From contig OY969712.1 of the NCBI GenBank assembly GCA_963702105.1, positions 5,309,378 through 5,373,377 on the forward strand: 64,000 nt of DNA, read 5' to 3'. This DNA comes from an uncultured Gammaproteobacteria bacterium. GTDB taxonomy: Bacteria > Pseudomonadota > Gammaproteobacteria > Steroidobacterales > Rariloculaceae. Shown here piece after piece: positions 52,011 to 60,926 of this stretch (its first letter is position 1; each line of letters starts with the position of its first letter). The notes beneath the pieces were generated by a model, which worked only from the letters and a program-made list of their open reading frames with translations, did not search any database and was not told where the DNA came from. Both the position numbers and the translations under genes were made by a program.

Positions 52011-53834
52011 CTCGCAGCGGAAGTTCGCGGCCTCCTCGAGGCTGCCTCGCCCGAGGTAGCGTGCCACCTTCGGATAGGGACACAGCGGCCGCGTGCGCCC
52101 GGGCCAGGGGCTCCGGGGCCCGGCCGTCGCGAGTATCCGGTCGGGCGCCGTACCGTGCTCGACCCAGCCGACGAGCGCGTCGAAGGCGTCGAACTGATCC
52201 GTCGCGGGGCCGCCGCCGCAGTGCGCCATCCCGGGCACGGGAAAGAGCCTCACGAAATCGGCCGCCCTGCCGCGATTCAGGCGATTTACCTCGTCGTACC
52301 AGGCCTTCGTGTCGTTGATCGAGAACACGGGATCCGATACGCCCTGGGGCACGACGAGCTTCGCGCCGTGATCCCGAAACGCCGAGAGGTCCGGCGAGCG
52401 GGCCCCGATGTCCCGCCAAGCGGAGCGCTTGAAAGGCGGATAGGTCGCATAAATCTTCGGCGCGTCCGTGTCGAAGTCGAATTTCAGCGCATAGGCGAAC
52501 GCGTCGGCGGGTTTCGCGCTGACGACCGTCGGCGGCGCCGTGAAGATCGCGGCCAGGGCCGTCGACCCCATTGCGACGTTGATGCCCGGGAACTGGCCGC
52601 CCGCGGGGCCGATCTTCCAGGCGCGCCAGCCGTCGCTGCCGATGCCGCCGTCGTAGGGCCAGCTTGAGTACAGGGCCTTGCCGCGGCTGTTCTTCGCGCC
52701 GGCGTACACGCGCTCGATGACGTCCACCTGCGCCTTGCTCAGGCAGTCCGCCGAGCTCGTGCAGACCTGCGCGCGCAGCTTGCGATCGACGCGGCGTTCG
52801 TCGCAGCGCGTCCAATCGGCCGTGATGCCGTCGGCGGCGCCGTCGTCGGCATCGCAGGCGGCGAGGACGGCCTCGCGCACGCGCGCGAACTGCGCCTCGC
52901 TGAACGTCGCCGGCAGGCGCGTATAGGCGTCGGCGGCGGGTGTCTTGCCGGGATCGATGAGGCTGGCGAAGGCCTGAGTGTCCCATGCCTCGGCGACGGC
53001 CGCGCGCGGCAGCGAGAAGCCCGGCGAGGCCGCGACGATACCGTCGAAGACGTCCGGGTAGCGCTGCGCGAAGTACATGCCCTCCTGGCCGCCCTTGGAG
53101 CAGCCGACGAAATAGGAGCGTTCCGGCGCGCGCCCATAGTAGGCGCGAATCAGCGCCTTCGCGGCCTCGGCGACTGGCTTCAGGGACGTGCCGCCATAGT
53201 CGGCGCGCGCCTCGGGGTCGAACCCGAAAGCGCTCGCGCCGCCGCGCGCGGGATCGGTGTTGCGCGCGTTGTCGTGCCCCGAGTCCTGCGAGACGACGGC
53301 GAACCCGCGCTCGAGAGCGCTGGGCGAGCCGGGCGCGATGCGCCCGAGGGCGTCGCCGAGATTGCCGTCCGTGCCGCCGCCGCCCTCGAAGAAGAAGCGC
53401 TCGTTCCAGGATGCGGGCAGCCGCAAGTGGAAGCGGATGGCATAGTGCTGGCCGGCCTCGCCGACGCGCTCGTGCATGACGGCCGTGACTTCGCAGTGCG
53501 CCGGCAAGGCGACCGGGCCGCCCTGCGTCTTCAGCTGGGTTCCGGCTGTGCGCCACGCGGCGGTCTCGATGCGCGTCGTCGGGTCCGGCCAGCTCGACAT
53601 CGTGGCCGCGAGTCGATCGCAGCGCGCCGGGTCCGCCGATGTCTGGCCCGATGCCGGTGCCGATGCCTCGGCCGACGCCGTTGCTCGCGCGGCCCGCTGG
53701 GGCGACGCCGCGCCGGCCGTTTCCGCCTGCTGGGCCATTGCGGGCCCGGGACCTTCCAAGAGCCAGGACGCGAGCAGCGCCGCGCCGGCGGCGAGAACCC
53801 TGCCCGGCCGGCCCGGGCTGCGGTGCGCTTTCAT
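52008..53834 (-). CDS. Tannase/feruloyl esterase family hydrolase, secreted
   Basis: The ATG at 53834 (MKAHRSPGRPGRVLAAGAALLASWLL) is preferred over 53942. Motifs FFFEGGGGTDG and nucleophile FVGCSKGGQEG, plus many Cys as in PF07519 proteins. Confidence 0.85.
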   Translation of the reverse strand: MKAHRSPGRPGRVLAAGAALLASWLLEGPGPAMAQQAETAGAASPQRAARATASAEASAPASGQTSADPARCDRLAATMSSWPDPTTRIETAAWRTAGTQLKTQGGPVALPAHCEVTAVMHERVGEAGQHYAIRFHLRLPASWNERFFFEGGGGTDGNLGDALGRIAPGSPSALERGFAVVSQDSGHDNARNTDPARGGASAFGFDPEARADYGGTSLKPVAEAAKALIRAYYGRAPERSYFVGCSKGGQEGMYFAQRYPDVFDGIVAASPGFSLPRAAVAEAWDTQAFASLIDPGKTPAADAYTRLPATFSEAQFARVREAVLAACDADDGAADGITADWTRCDERRVDRKLRAQVCTSSADCLSKAQVDVIERVYAGAKNSRGKALYSSWPYDGGIGSDGWRAWKIGPAGGQFPGINVAMGSTALAAIFTAPPTVVSAKPADAFAYALKFDFDTDAPKIYATYPPFKRSAWRDIGARSPDLSAFRDHGAKLVVPQGVSDPVFSINDTKAWYDEVNRLNRGRAADFVRLFPVPGMAHCGGGPATDQFDAFDALVGWVEHGTAPDRILATAGPRSPWPGRTRPLCPYPKVARYLGRGSLEEAANFRCE

Positions 53835-53889
53835 TCGATCCCCCCGACGGCCGGAGCCGTCCCTGCATTTCGTCCAAACATAACGCCTC

Positions 53890-53903
53890 GTGCAAACGTT
53901 TGC
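53890..53903. promoter_or_regulatory. LacI-family operator O1 (gtGCAAACGTTTGC)
   Basis: Perfect 12-bp palindrome GCAAACGTTTGC at 53892..53903. It lies 58 bp upstream of the tannase start on the minus strand. The 14-mer is identical to O2. Confidence 0.65.
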
Positions 53904-53988
53904 CACCGGGCGCGCGCGGCGCGGGCGACGGCTTGGGTGCACCAGCCGGGCCGAACATCGCGCCGACGCAATCGCACCGCGTACGCGA

Positions 53989-54002
53989 GTGCAAACGTTT
54001 GC
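53989..54002. promoter_or_regulatory. LacI-family operator O2 (gtGCAAACGTTTGC)
   Basis: Perfect 12-bp palindrome at 53991..54002, ending 23 nt before the phosphorylase ATG (54026). It is 99 bp centre-to-centre from O1. Confidence 0.65.
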
Positions 54003-54025
54003 GATCCGCGCTACAGTCCCGGCAA

Positions 54026-55576
54026 ATGAGGAATCAAGTCCAGCTCATCGCTTATGCCGACCGGCTCGGCGGAACGCTGGACGGAACGGCCGCGCTGCTC
54101 GAGGGACCGCTCGCGGGCCTTTTCGGCGGCGTGCACCTGTTGCCGTTCTTCGACGCGATCGACGGCGTCGACGCGGGATTCGATCCCGTCGAGCACACCG
54201 AGGTCGATCCGCGCCTCGGCTCCTGGGAAGACGTGCGAAAGCTCGCCGAGCGCGTGGACCTCATGGCGGACGTCATCGTCAACCACGTCTCGAGCGGCTC
54301 GCCGCAGTTTCGGGACTTCTCGGCCAACGGCGCGCGCAGCCCGTACGCCGGCTTGTTCCTGACGTTCGACCGCGTGTTTCCTCGCGGCGCCTCTGAAGCG
54401 GACCTGCTTGCGATCTATCGCCCGAGACCCGGCTTGCCCTTCACGGCCATGACGCTCGCGGACGGCTCGCGGCGTCTCGTGTGGACGACATTCACGTCGG
54501 AGCAGATCGACATCGACGTGCACGACCCCGAGGGCCGCCGTTATCTCGAAAACATTCTCCGAGTGTTCGCCGCGAACGGCATCCGCGTGATCCGGCTCGA
54601 CGCGGCAGGCTATGCCGTAAAGAGGGCGGGCGGCACGTGCTTTCTCATGGAGGAGACGTTCGAGTTCATCCGCCACTTTTCGGCGCGAGCCGAGGGGCAC
54701 GGCCTGGAGGTGCTCGTCGAGGTGCACTCGCACTACTCGCAGCAGCTCGAGCTCGCGCGCCGAGTCGGCTGGGTCTACGACTTCGCGCTGCCGCCGCTCG
54801 TGCTGCAGGCGATCTTCGCGCGCAGCGCTCGGGCCCTGAAACGGTGGATCGAGATCCGCCCCGCCAATGCCGTAACCGTGCTCGATACGCACGACGGCAT
54901 CGGTATCGTCGATGTCGGCCCCGAAGCGCGCGAGCGGGGCGCCCGCCCGGGTCTCGTGACGGAGAGCGAGCTCGCCGAAATCGTGCGGCGCATCCACGCG
55001 AACAGCCGCGGCGAGAGCCTGCAGGCGACGGGCGCTGCCGCCGCGAATCTCGACCTCTATCAGGTGAATTGCACGTTCTACGACGCATTGGGGCGCGACG
55101 ATCTCGCGTATCTGCTCGCCCGCGCCATTCAGTTCTTTCTGCCCGGCGTGCCTCAGGTCTACTACGTCGGCTTGCTCGCCGGCGGCAACGACATGGCGCT
55201 CCTGGCCCGCACGCGTGTCGGCCGCGACATCAACCGGCACTCCTACACGCGTTCGGAAATCGACGCGGCGCTCGCGCGGCCCGTCGTGGCCGATCTGTGC
55301 CGGCTCATCCGTCTGCGCAATACCCACCCGGCCTTCGCCGGCGCATTCGAGATGGCGGCGGCGCCGGAGGAGGTGCTGGATTTGCGCTGGCGGAACGGCG
55401 AGGACTTCGCGCATCTCGAGGTGGATCTGCGCGCCATGGCGTATCGCCTCGTGTGCTCGGACGAAGGCCGGACAGTGCGGTTCTCGTTCGCAGCCGTCGA
55501 GGGAGCGGGCGCGGCGTCGCCCGAGGGCTCGGGGCACGCCGAGGAGGCGCAGGGCGAGAGGCGGTCGGCACTTTAG
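54026..55576 (+). CDS. GH13_18 sucrose-phosphorylase-family glycoside phosphorylase
   Basis: ATG 54026 (MRNQVQLIAYADRLGG) inside ORF 53639..55576. Motifs VHLLPFF, DLMADVIVNHVS, VIRLDAAGYA (nucleophile Asp region) and VLDTHDGIG. Confidence 0.88.
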   Translation: MRNQVQLIAYADRLGGTLDGTAALLEGPLAGLFGGVHLLPFFDAIDGVDAGFDPVEHTEVDPRLGSWEDVRKLAERVDLMADVIVNHVSSGSPQFRDFSANGARSPYAGLFLTFDRVFPRGASEADLLAIYRPRPGLPFTAMTLADGSRRLVWTTFTSEQIDIDVHDPEGRRYLENILRVFAANGIRVIRLDAAGYAVKRAGGTCFLMEETFEFIRHFSARAEGHGLEVLVEVHSHYSQQLELARRVGWVYDFALPPLVLQAIFARSARALKRWIEIRPANAVTVLDTHDGIGIVDVGPEARERGARPGLVTESELAEIVRRIHANSRGESLQATGAAAANLDLYQVNCTFYDALGRDDLAYLLARAIQFFLPGVPQVYYVGLLAGGNDMALLARTRVGRDINRHSYTRSEIDAALARPVVADLCRLIRLRNTHPAFAGAFEMAAAPEEVLDLRWRNGEDFAHLEVDLRAMAYRLVCSDEGRTVRFSFAAVEGAGAASPEGSGHAEEAQGERRSAL

Positions 55577-55692
55577 GACGCACCGCCGGCCGGCGGCACG
55601 CAGCGGCACGCTGCGGCAGGCGGCGGCACACACCGCAAGCAGCGGCACGCAGCGGAACGGACACCATCGAATACGGCGACGCAGGAGTCGGA

Positions 55693-56856
55693 ATGGCGAA
55701 GAAAAGATCGAGCAGGCGCACGATGGCCGCGGTCGCTCGGCGCGCGAACGTCTCGCTCTCGACGGTCTCGCGCGCCCTCGCCGGCAGCCCGCTCGTCTCG
55801 GAGGAGACGCGCCGGCGTGTGCGCGCGGCGGCCGAGCGCCTGAACTACCGCGTGGACGCGGCCGGCAGCCGCCTGCGCACGGGGCTCGCGCGGACGGCCG
55901 GCGTCGTCATTCCGCTCGCGCACGCGGCGAAGCAGAACCTGTCCGACCCGTTCTTCCTCGAGATTCTCGGCGCGCTGGCCGACGAGCTCGCCGGCCGCGG
56001 CTACGGCTTGCTGCTGCAGAAGCTGACCGAGGACCCGGCGGAATGGATCGAGGCGGTCGTCGGGGAACGCCGCGCGGACGGCGTCATCGTGATCGGGCAG
56101 AGCCTGCACCATGCGTCACTCGATGCGCTCGCATCGGCCGATCTGCCGCTGGTCGTCTGGGGCACACGCATCGAGGGTCAGCGCTACGTGACCGTCGGCT
56201 CGGACAACGAAGCGGGGGCCCACGCGGCGACGGCCCATCTGATCGCGCAGGGCTGCCGGAACATCGTCTTTCTCGGCGACCCGGCCGCGCCCGAGGTCGC
56301 CGCGCGTCGTGCCGGCTACGCCCGCGCGCTCACCGACGCGGGCCTCGCACACAGCCCTCGGCTCGAGGCGGCCGTGCGGTTCGCCAGCGACACCGCTTAC
56401 CATGCGGTCGCGGCGCTCGTGGACGCGGGCGTCGAGCTCGACGGCGTCGCGGCCTGCTCCGATGTCTTCGCAATGGGCGCAATGCGTGCGCTCGCTGAGC
56501 GCGGCCGCAAGGTGCCCGCAGACGTAGCGGTCGTCGGCTTCGACGACATTCCGTTCGCGGCCTACACGACGCCGCCGCTGACGACGGTCCGGCAGAACTG
56601 CCAGGCCGGCGCACGCCTGCTCGTCGAGAAGCTCATGCGCGCGATCGACCGCGAACGCAACGAGTCGGCCGTGATTCCGACCGAGCTCGTCGTGCGCGCC
56701 TCGAGTCTGCGCGAGCCTTATCGCGCGCTGCCCGCGATCGGGGGCACGAACTCGATCGGGGGCATGAAGACGAAGTCCGCGGCGGCCGAGCAGACGGGCG
56801 CCGAAGTCATGAGCCGCGTCGCGCGACGCGACGTGAGATCCAGGGGGAAGTCATGA
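55693..56856 (+). CDS. LacI/GalR-family transcriptional regulator
   Basis: ATG 55693 inside ORF 54481..56856. N-terminal HTH MAAVARRANVSLSTVSRALAG, RRRVRAAAERLNYR. Periplasmic-binding-fold body. About 45 aa of non-conserved C-terminal tail. The stop overlaps the next start (ATGA). Confidence 0.88.
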   Translation: MAKKRSSRRTMAAVARRANVSLSTVSRALAGSPLVSEETRRRVRAAAERLNYRVDAAGSRLRTGLARTAGVVIPLAHAAKQNLSDPFFLEILGALADELAGRGYGLLLQKLTEDPAEWIEAVVGERRADGVIVIGQSLHHASLDALASADLPLVVWGTRIEGQRYVTVGSDNEAGAHAATAHLIAQGCRNIVFLGDPAAPEVAARRAGYARALTDAGLAHSPRLEAAVRFASDTAYHAVAALVDAGVELDGVAACSDVFAMGAMRALAERGRKVPADVAVVGFDDIPFAAYTTPPLTTVRQNCQAGARLLVEKLMRAIDRERNESAVIPTELVVRASSLREPYRALPAIGGTNSIGGMKTKSAAAEQTGAEVMSRVARRDVRSRGKS

Positions 56857-58001
56857 GACCAAGCACGCGGCCGGCCCGGCGCCGGCGGGGAACTCGTCTT
56901 TTCGCACTCGCACTGCTGTACGCCGCGGCGGCGCTCGCTCAGGAACCCGGTACGGCGGCGCAAGGGGCTCCGAAGGCCAAGTCGCCGCCCGCGGTCCAGA
57001 TCGACGCCGACGGCAGCGTGCACGTGCCCGCGCACGTCGTGCCGATCTCGAGCATGCTGAGCCCCGAGGGCCGGGCCTACATGACAGAGCACCTCCAGAA
57101 CATGCAGCGCCCCGAGATGCTCGTTCAGAAGAACGGGATTCCGCCCCTGCTCGAGGGCTATCTCGCCCGCCAGAAGGCCGTATTCGCGGTCGAGCGGCGC
57201 GAGCTCACGATCGGCGGCGTTCACGCCTACGAGTACTTGCCGAAGGCCGGCGTCGCGCAGAAGAATCGCGGCCGCGTGCTCATCGATCTCCACGGCGGCG
57301 GCTTCTCCGGCTGCTGGCCGGGCTGCGCGGAGCTCGAATCGATTCCGGTGGCGGCGCTCGGAGCTATTCGCGTCGTGAGTCTCGACTACCGCGAGGGCCC
57401 GAAGTATCGCTTCCCGGCCGCAAGCGAGGACGTGGCGGCGGCCTATCGCGCGCTGCTCGAAACTTACAAGGCCGAGAACATCGGCATCTACGGCTGCTCG
57501 GCCGGCGGCATGCTCACGGGCATGGCCGTGGCCTGGTTTCAGCAGCACGATCTGCCTCGGCCCGGCGCCGTGGGCATCCTTTGCGCCGGGCTCACGCTCG
57601 ATCCGAACGGCTTCGGCGGCGACTCCGAGTACACGGCGGCGGCCATCGGCGAGAGCCGCGTGCCGCCTTCTCCGCCCGCTGCCCGGGGTGCGGCTCCGAG
57701 CGGAGGCGCGCCGCTCGGCTACTTCGAGGGCGTGAACCTCGACGATCCGCTCGTCGCGCCCGCGAGCTCGCCCGCGGTGCTCGCGAAGTTTCCGCCGACG
57801 CTCATCGTGACGGCCACGCGCGGCTTCGAAATGAGCTCGGCCGTGCACAGCCACGCGCTGCTCGTCAAGGCGGGCGTGGACGCTGAGCTGCACGTTTGGG
57901 AAGGGCTGTTCCACGGCTTCTTCTACAACGTGGACGTCCCCGAGTCACGCGACTGCTTCGACGTCATCGTGAAGTTCTTCGACCGGCACCTGGGGCATTG
58001 A
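56853..58001 (+). CDS. Secreted alpha/beta hydrolase fold-3 esterase
   Basis: 382-aa ORF. Signal peptide RLFALALLYAAAALA. Oxyanion motif IDLHGGGF, nucleophile YGCSAGG and C-terminal GLFHGF. Confidence 0.85.
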   Translation: MRPSTRPARRRRGTRLFALALLYAAAALAQEPGTAAQGAPKAKSPPAVQIDADGSVHVPAHVVPISSMLSPEGRAYMTEHLQNMQRPEMLVQKNGIPPLLEGYLARQKAVFAVERRELTIGGVHAYEYLPKAGVAQKNRGRVLIDLHGGGFSGCWPGCAELESIPVAALGAIRVVSLDYREGPKYRFPAASEDVAAAYRALLETYKAENIGIYGCSAGGMLTGMAVAWFQQHDLPRPGAVGILCAGLTLDPNGFGGDSEYTAAAIGESRVPPSPPAARGAAPSGGAPLGYFEGVNLDDPLVAPASSPAVLAKFPPTLIVTATRGFEMSSAVHSHALLVKAGVDAELHVWEGLFHGFFYNVDVPESRDCFDVIVKFFDRHLGH

Positions 58002-58012
58002 GGGAGGAGACC

Positions 58013-59017
58013 ATGGAGCGGATCGATCGCAGAGAACTGCTGGCGCTCGCTTGTACAATGGTCGTGGCCGGCACGGCCGCGGCGCAGGAGGGCCCCCGGG
58101 ACGCGGCGCGGCGCCCCGCGAAGCTCGTGCCGCCGCCGCGGCCCCGGGCGCTGCCGCAGGCATGGCTCGAGGCCCCGAGCCTGCCGATCTGGCCGGGCGA
58201 CCCGCCCGGTATCGAGGGATTTGCGAAGCAGGCATTGCCTCCGGATTGGCCGGCGGTCTTCGTGCGCAACGTCGCGCGGCCCGAGCTGCACGTCTTTCGT
58301 CCAGCGCGGCCCAACGGCCGCGCACTGCTCGTCGTGCCGGGCGGCGCTTATCAATTCGTCTCGGTCGCGAACGAAGGCGTAGACGTTGCGGCCCGCATGA
58401 ATGCACTCGGTATCACGGTCTTCGTGCTGACTTACCGCCTGCCGGGCGAGGGTTGGCCACACCGCGCCGACGTGCCGCTGCAGGACGCGCAGCGTGCGAT
58501 GCGCGTGATCCGCTCGCAGGCCTCGCGCTTTCGCATAGAGGCGGACCGGTTGAGCGTGCTCGGGTTCTCGGCCGGAGGCCATCTCGCCGCGACGCTTGCG
58601 ACGCAGTACGCCGAGCGCAGCTATGTCCCCATGGATGCGGCGGACGCCGAGAGTCCGCGCCCGTTCGCCGCAGGGCTCATCTATCCCGTCGTGACGATGG
58701 CGAAGCCCTGGACGCACGAGCTGTCGCGCGATCTCCTGCTCGGCAAGGAGCCGGCGCCGGGCGAGGTCGAGCACCGTTCGGCGGAACGCCACGTCGATGC
58801 GGAAACGCCGCCGATCTTCCTCGTCCACGCGCTCGACGATCCGGCCGTGCCGCCCGAGAACAGCCTGCGCATGATGGCTGCGATGCGCGAAGCGCATCGG
58901 CCGGTCGAGGCGCATTTTCTGCAGGAGGGCGGGCACGGTTTCGGGGTCGGCTACCCGGGCACGCCCTCGGCGCACTGGATCGATATGTTCTCGCCCTGGC
59001 TCGGCAGATTGGGCTAG
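58013..59017 (+). CDS. Secreted (Tat-like RRELLA) alpha/beta hydrolase esterase
   Basis: ATG 58013 with SD gggaggaga. Motifs VVPGGAY, nucleophile LGFSAGGHLA, ALDDPAVP and GGHGFG. Confidence 0.85.
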   Translation: MERIDRRELLALACTMVVAGTAAAQEGPRDAARRPAKLVPPPRPRALPQAWLEAPSLPIWPGDPPGIEGFAKQALPPDWPAVFVRNVARPELHVFRPARPNGRALLVVPGGAYQFVSVANEGVDVAARMNALGITVFVLTYRLPGEGWPHRADVPLQDAQRAMRVIRSQASRFRIEADRLSVLGFSAGGHLAATLATQYAERSYVPMDAADAESPRPFAAGLIYPVVTMAKPWTHELSRDLLLGKEPAPGEVEHRSAERHVDAETPPIFLVHALDDPAVPPENSLRMMAAMREAHRPVEAHFLQEGGHGFGVGYPGTPSAHWIDMFSPWLGRLG

Positions 59018-59061
59018 TGCGCCGCGGCTGCTGCCCACTGCCGCGGCTGTTACCCGCTACT

Positions 59062-59108
59062 CGCTGCCCGCAGGCCGCGGACCGGGGCCCGCTGCCCGCA
59101 GGCCGCGG
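59062..59108 (+). repeat. 19-bp GC-rich direct repeat (cgctgcccgcaggccgcgg) with 28-bp period inside a degenerate CCGCGG-punctuated intergenic tract
   Basis: Exact copies at 59062..59080 and 59090..59108. Further degenerate units, each starting with ccgcgg, lie between about 59024 and 59140. Confidence 0.85.
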
Positions 59109-59237
59109 CCCGCGGCCCGCTGCTCGTTGGCCGCGGCGGGCTGCGGGGGAGCGGGCCTCGCGGGAGGGTGACGGCCGTGGCCGCTCGATCGTTAGCTCGT
59201 TTACCATGCCTCCGCGCTCATTAGGGGAGGAGACGCA

Positions 59238-59903
59238 ATGGAGGTGATCGGCGCCGGGTTCGGCCGTACCGGAACGCTCTCCATGCGCGGCGCGCTGTCG
59301 CGCCTGCTCGGCGGCCCGTGCTATCACATGGCCAGCCTTATCGAAGACCCGAGGCAACTCGAGCACTGGTACCGATGGGCGGTGCACCCGGAGCGGTCTC
59401 CGGACTGGCCGAGCATCCTGGCCGGCTACGCCGCGGGCGTCGACGCGCCGATCTGTTTCTTCGTCGAGGAATTGATGGAGCGTTATCCCGATGCAAAGGT
59501 CGTGCTGACCGTGCGCGACCCCGAGAAGTGGCTCGTGAGCTTCCAGAACCTCATGCGCACGAACATCCGCTTTGCCTGGCTCGGACTCTTCTCCGCCCGC
59601 GCCCGACGCTTCGGAAAGCTCGGGCGCACGCTCGGCCGGCGCTTCGTCGGCAGGATGAGCCGCGATACGCTGCTTCGTGCTTTCGCCGCCCACAACGAGC
59701 GCATCCAACGCATCGTTCCGAGCTCGCGCCTGCTCGTCATGCACGTGCAGGAAGGCTGGGAGCCGTTGTGCCGTTTTCTCGGCAAGCCCATTCCGGACGA
59801 GCCGTTCCCGCATGAAAACGAGGGCACGAAAACGATCGCGAGCGGCCACTGGCAGGTCGCCTTCGGCCGCAGCGGTGCCGTCGCGCTGCGGCCGAAGGCG
59901 TAG
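59238..59903 (+). CDS. P-loop sulfotransferase family protein (Sulfotransfer_4-like)
   Basis: 221-aa ORF. SD ggggaggaga. N-terminal PAPS-binding-type loop IGAGFGRTGTLSM, then LGGPCYHM. Confidence 0.7.
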   Translation: MEVIGAGFGRTGTLSMRGALSRLLGGPCYHMASLIEDPRQLEHWYRWAVHPERSPDWPSILAGYAAGVDAPICFFVEELMERYPDAKVVLTVRDPEKWLVSFQNLMRTNIRFAWLGLFSARARRFGKLGRTLGRRFVGRMSRDTLLRAFAAHNERIQRIVPSSRLLVMHVQEGWEPLCRFLGKPIPDEPFPHENEGTKTIASGHWQVAFGRSGAVALRPKA

Positions 59904-60067
59904 CCGCTGCCCGCGCTTCCCGAGGCGCAGGGGAGCGCGCCGGGCGAGTGCGTAGCCCCCTGATTTTGACAGAACTTTAGACGGTGCGAAGCGCTGCGCC
60001 AGTACCTTTCCCCGGCCCGAGACTGTAGAGTGGGCGCTACTGAAATACTCCGGGGGGAGTACATCCG

Positions 60068-60871
60068 ATGCCTCTAAATTCAACGGTCTTCTCGGGCCTG
60101 ATGCTTGCGGCTGCCGCGACGTTGGGCTGCGCCGCCGCCGCGGCCGCCGAGCCCGCGCATCCGGATTTCACGGGCGTCTGGACGGCGCATCGCGAGCCGG
60201 GACAGGGGCGGTTCTCGGGGTTCGGCGGGCCTCGTGCGGGCCTGCCCCTAACGGACGAGGGCAAGCGCCGCGTCGAGGAGTACACGAAGCTCATCGGTCC
60301 TCAGCGGGACAACCCGGCCGCCTACTGCGTGGACTACGGCGTGCCGACGATGATGGAAATGCCGGGCGGGTATCCGCTCGAGTTCATCCAGAAGCCCGAT
60401 CAGCTCACGATCATTTACGAGGTCGAGAACGAGACGCGCCGGATCTACATGGGCGACCGTCACCTGCCCGAGGAGCGGCGGTTGCCGAGCCGGGACGGCT
60501 ACTCGGAAGGGCACTGGGAGGGCGACACGCTCGTAGTCAAGACGACGGATCTGCTCGACGGGCAAGATCAGGGCGGCCATCCGCACAGCGACAAGGCGGT
60601 GATCGACGAGCGCTTCTCGCTCGGCAAGGACGAGAAGGGCACGAAGGTCATCACGTACGAGGCGACGATTACGGATCCCGTCTATTACACGAAGCCCGTC
60701 AAGGTGGAGCGCAAGTACGAGCCGCTGCCGAACGGCTTCATCATTCCGTATCGCTGCCCAGACGAGTTCTGGTATTCGCTGCTCGACCTGCGGCGCGAGC
60801 AGATGAAGGCGGGCAAGCCGATGAACGCGCAGATGAGCGACGTTTACAAGGCCCGCGAAGCGTATCAATGA
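60068..60871 (+). CDS. Secreted protein of unknown function, partner A copy 2 (paralog of 46889..47635)
   Basis: 267-aa ORF. SD ggggggag. Signal peptide GLMLAAAATLGCAAAAAA. Shares PDFTGVW, CVDYGVP, GHWEGDTLVV and ITDP with 46889..47635. Confidence 0.7.
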   Translation: MPLNSTVFSGLMLAAAATLGCAAAAAAEPAHPDFTGVWTAHREPGQGRFSGFGGPRAGLPLTDEGKRRVEEYTKLIGPQRDNPAAYCVDYGVPTMMEMPGGYPLEFIQKPDQLTIIYEVENETRRIYMGDRHLPEERRLPSRDGYSEGHWEGDTLVVKTTDLLDGQDQGGHPHSDKAVIDERFSLGKDEKGTKVITYEATITDPVYYTKPVKVERKYEPLPNGFIIPYRCPDEFWYSLLDLRREQMKAGKPMNAQMSDVYKAREAYQ

Positions 60872-60926
60872 TTCGAACGAGGAGAGCCGCGCGATCGAAT
60901 CGCGCGTGCGAAACGAGGAGAGTTTC

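Noticed and set aside
49489-53994. 1501-aa minus-strand ORF, the longest in the track
   Set aside because: It is Arg/Gly/Ala/Pro-rich with no recognisable domain. It runs antisense or out of frame across three to four confidently assigned genes, including the tannase gene on its own strand in another frame. It is a classic high-GC shadow ORF.
59020-59140. CRISPR-like appearance of the GC-rich repeats
   Set aside because: Only two exact 19-bp copies are present, at a 28-bp period. The units are degenerate and of variable length, there are no unique spacers of CRISPR size, and no cas genes lie in the window.
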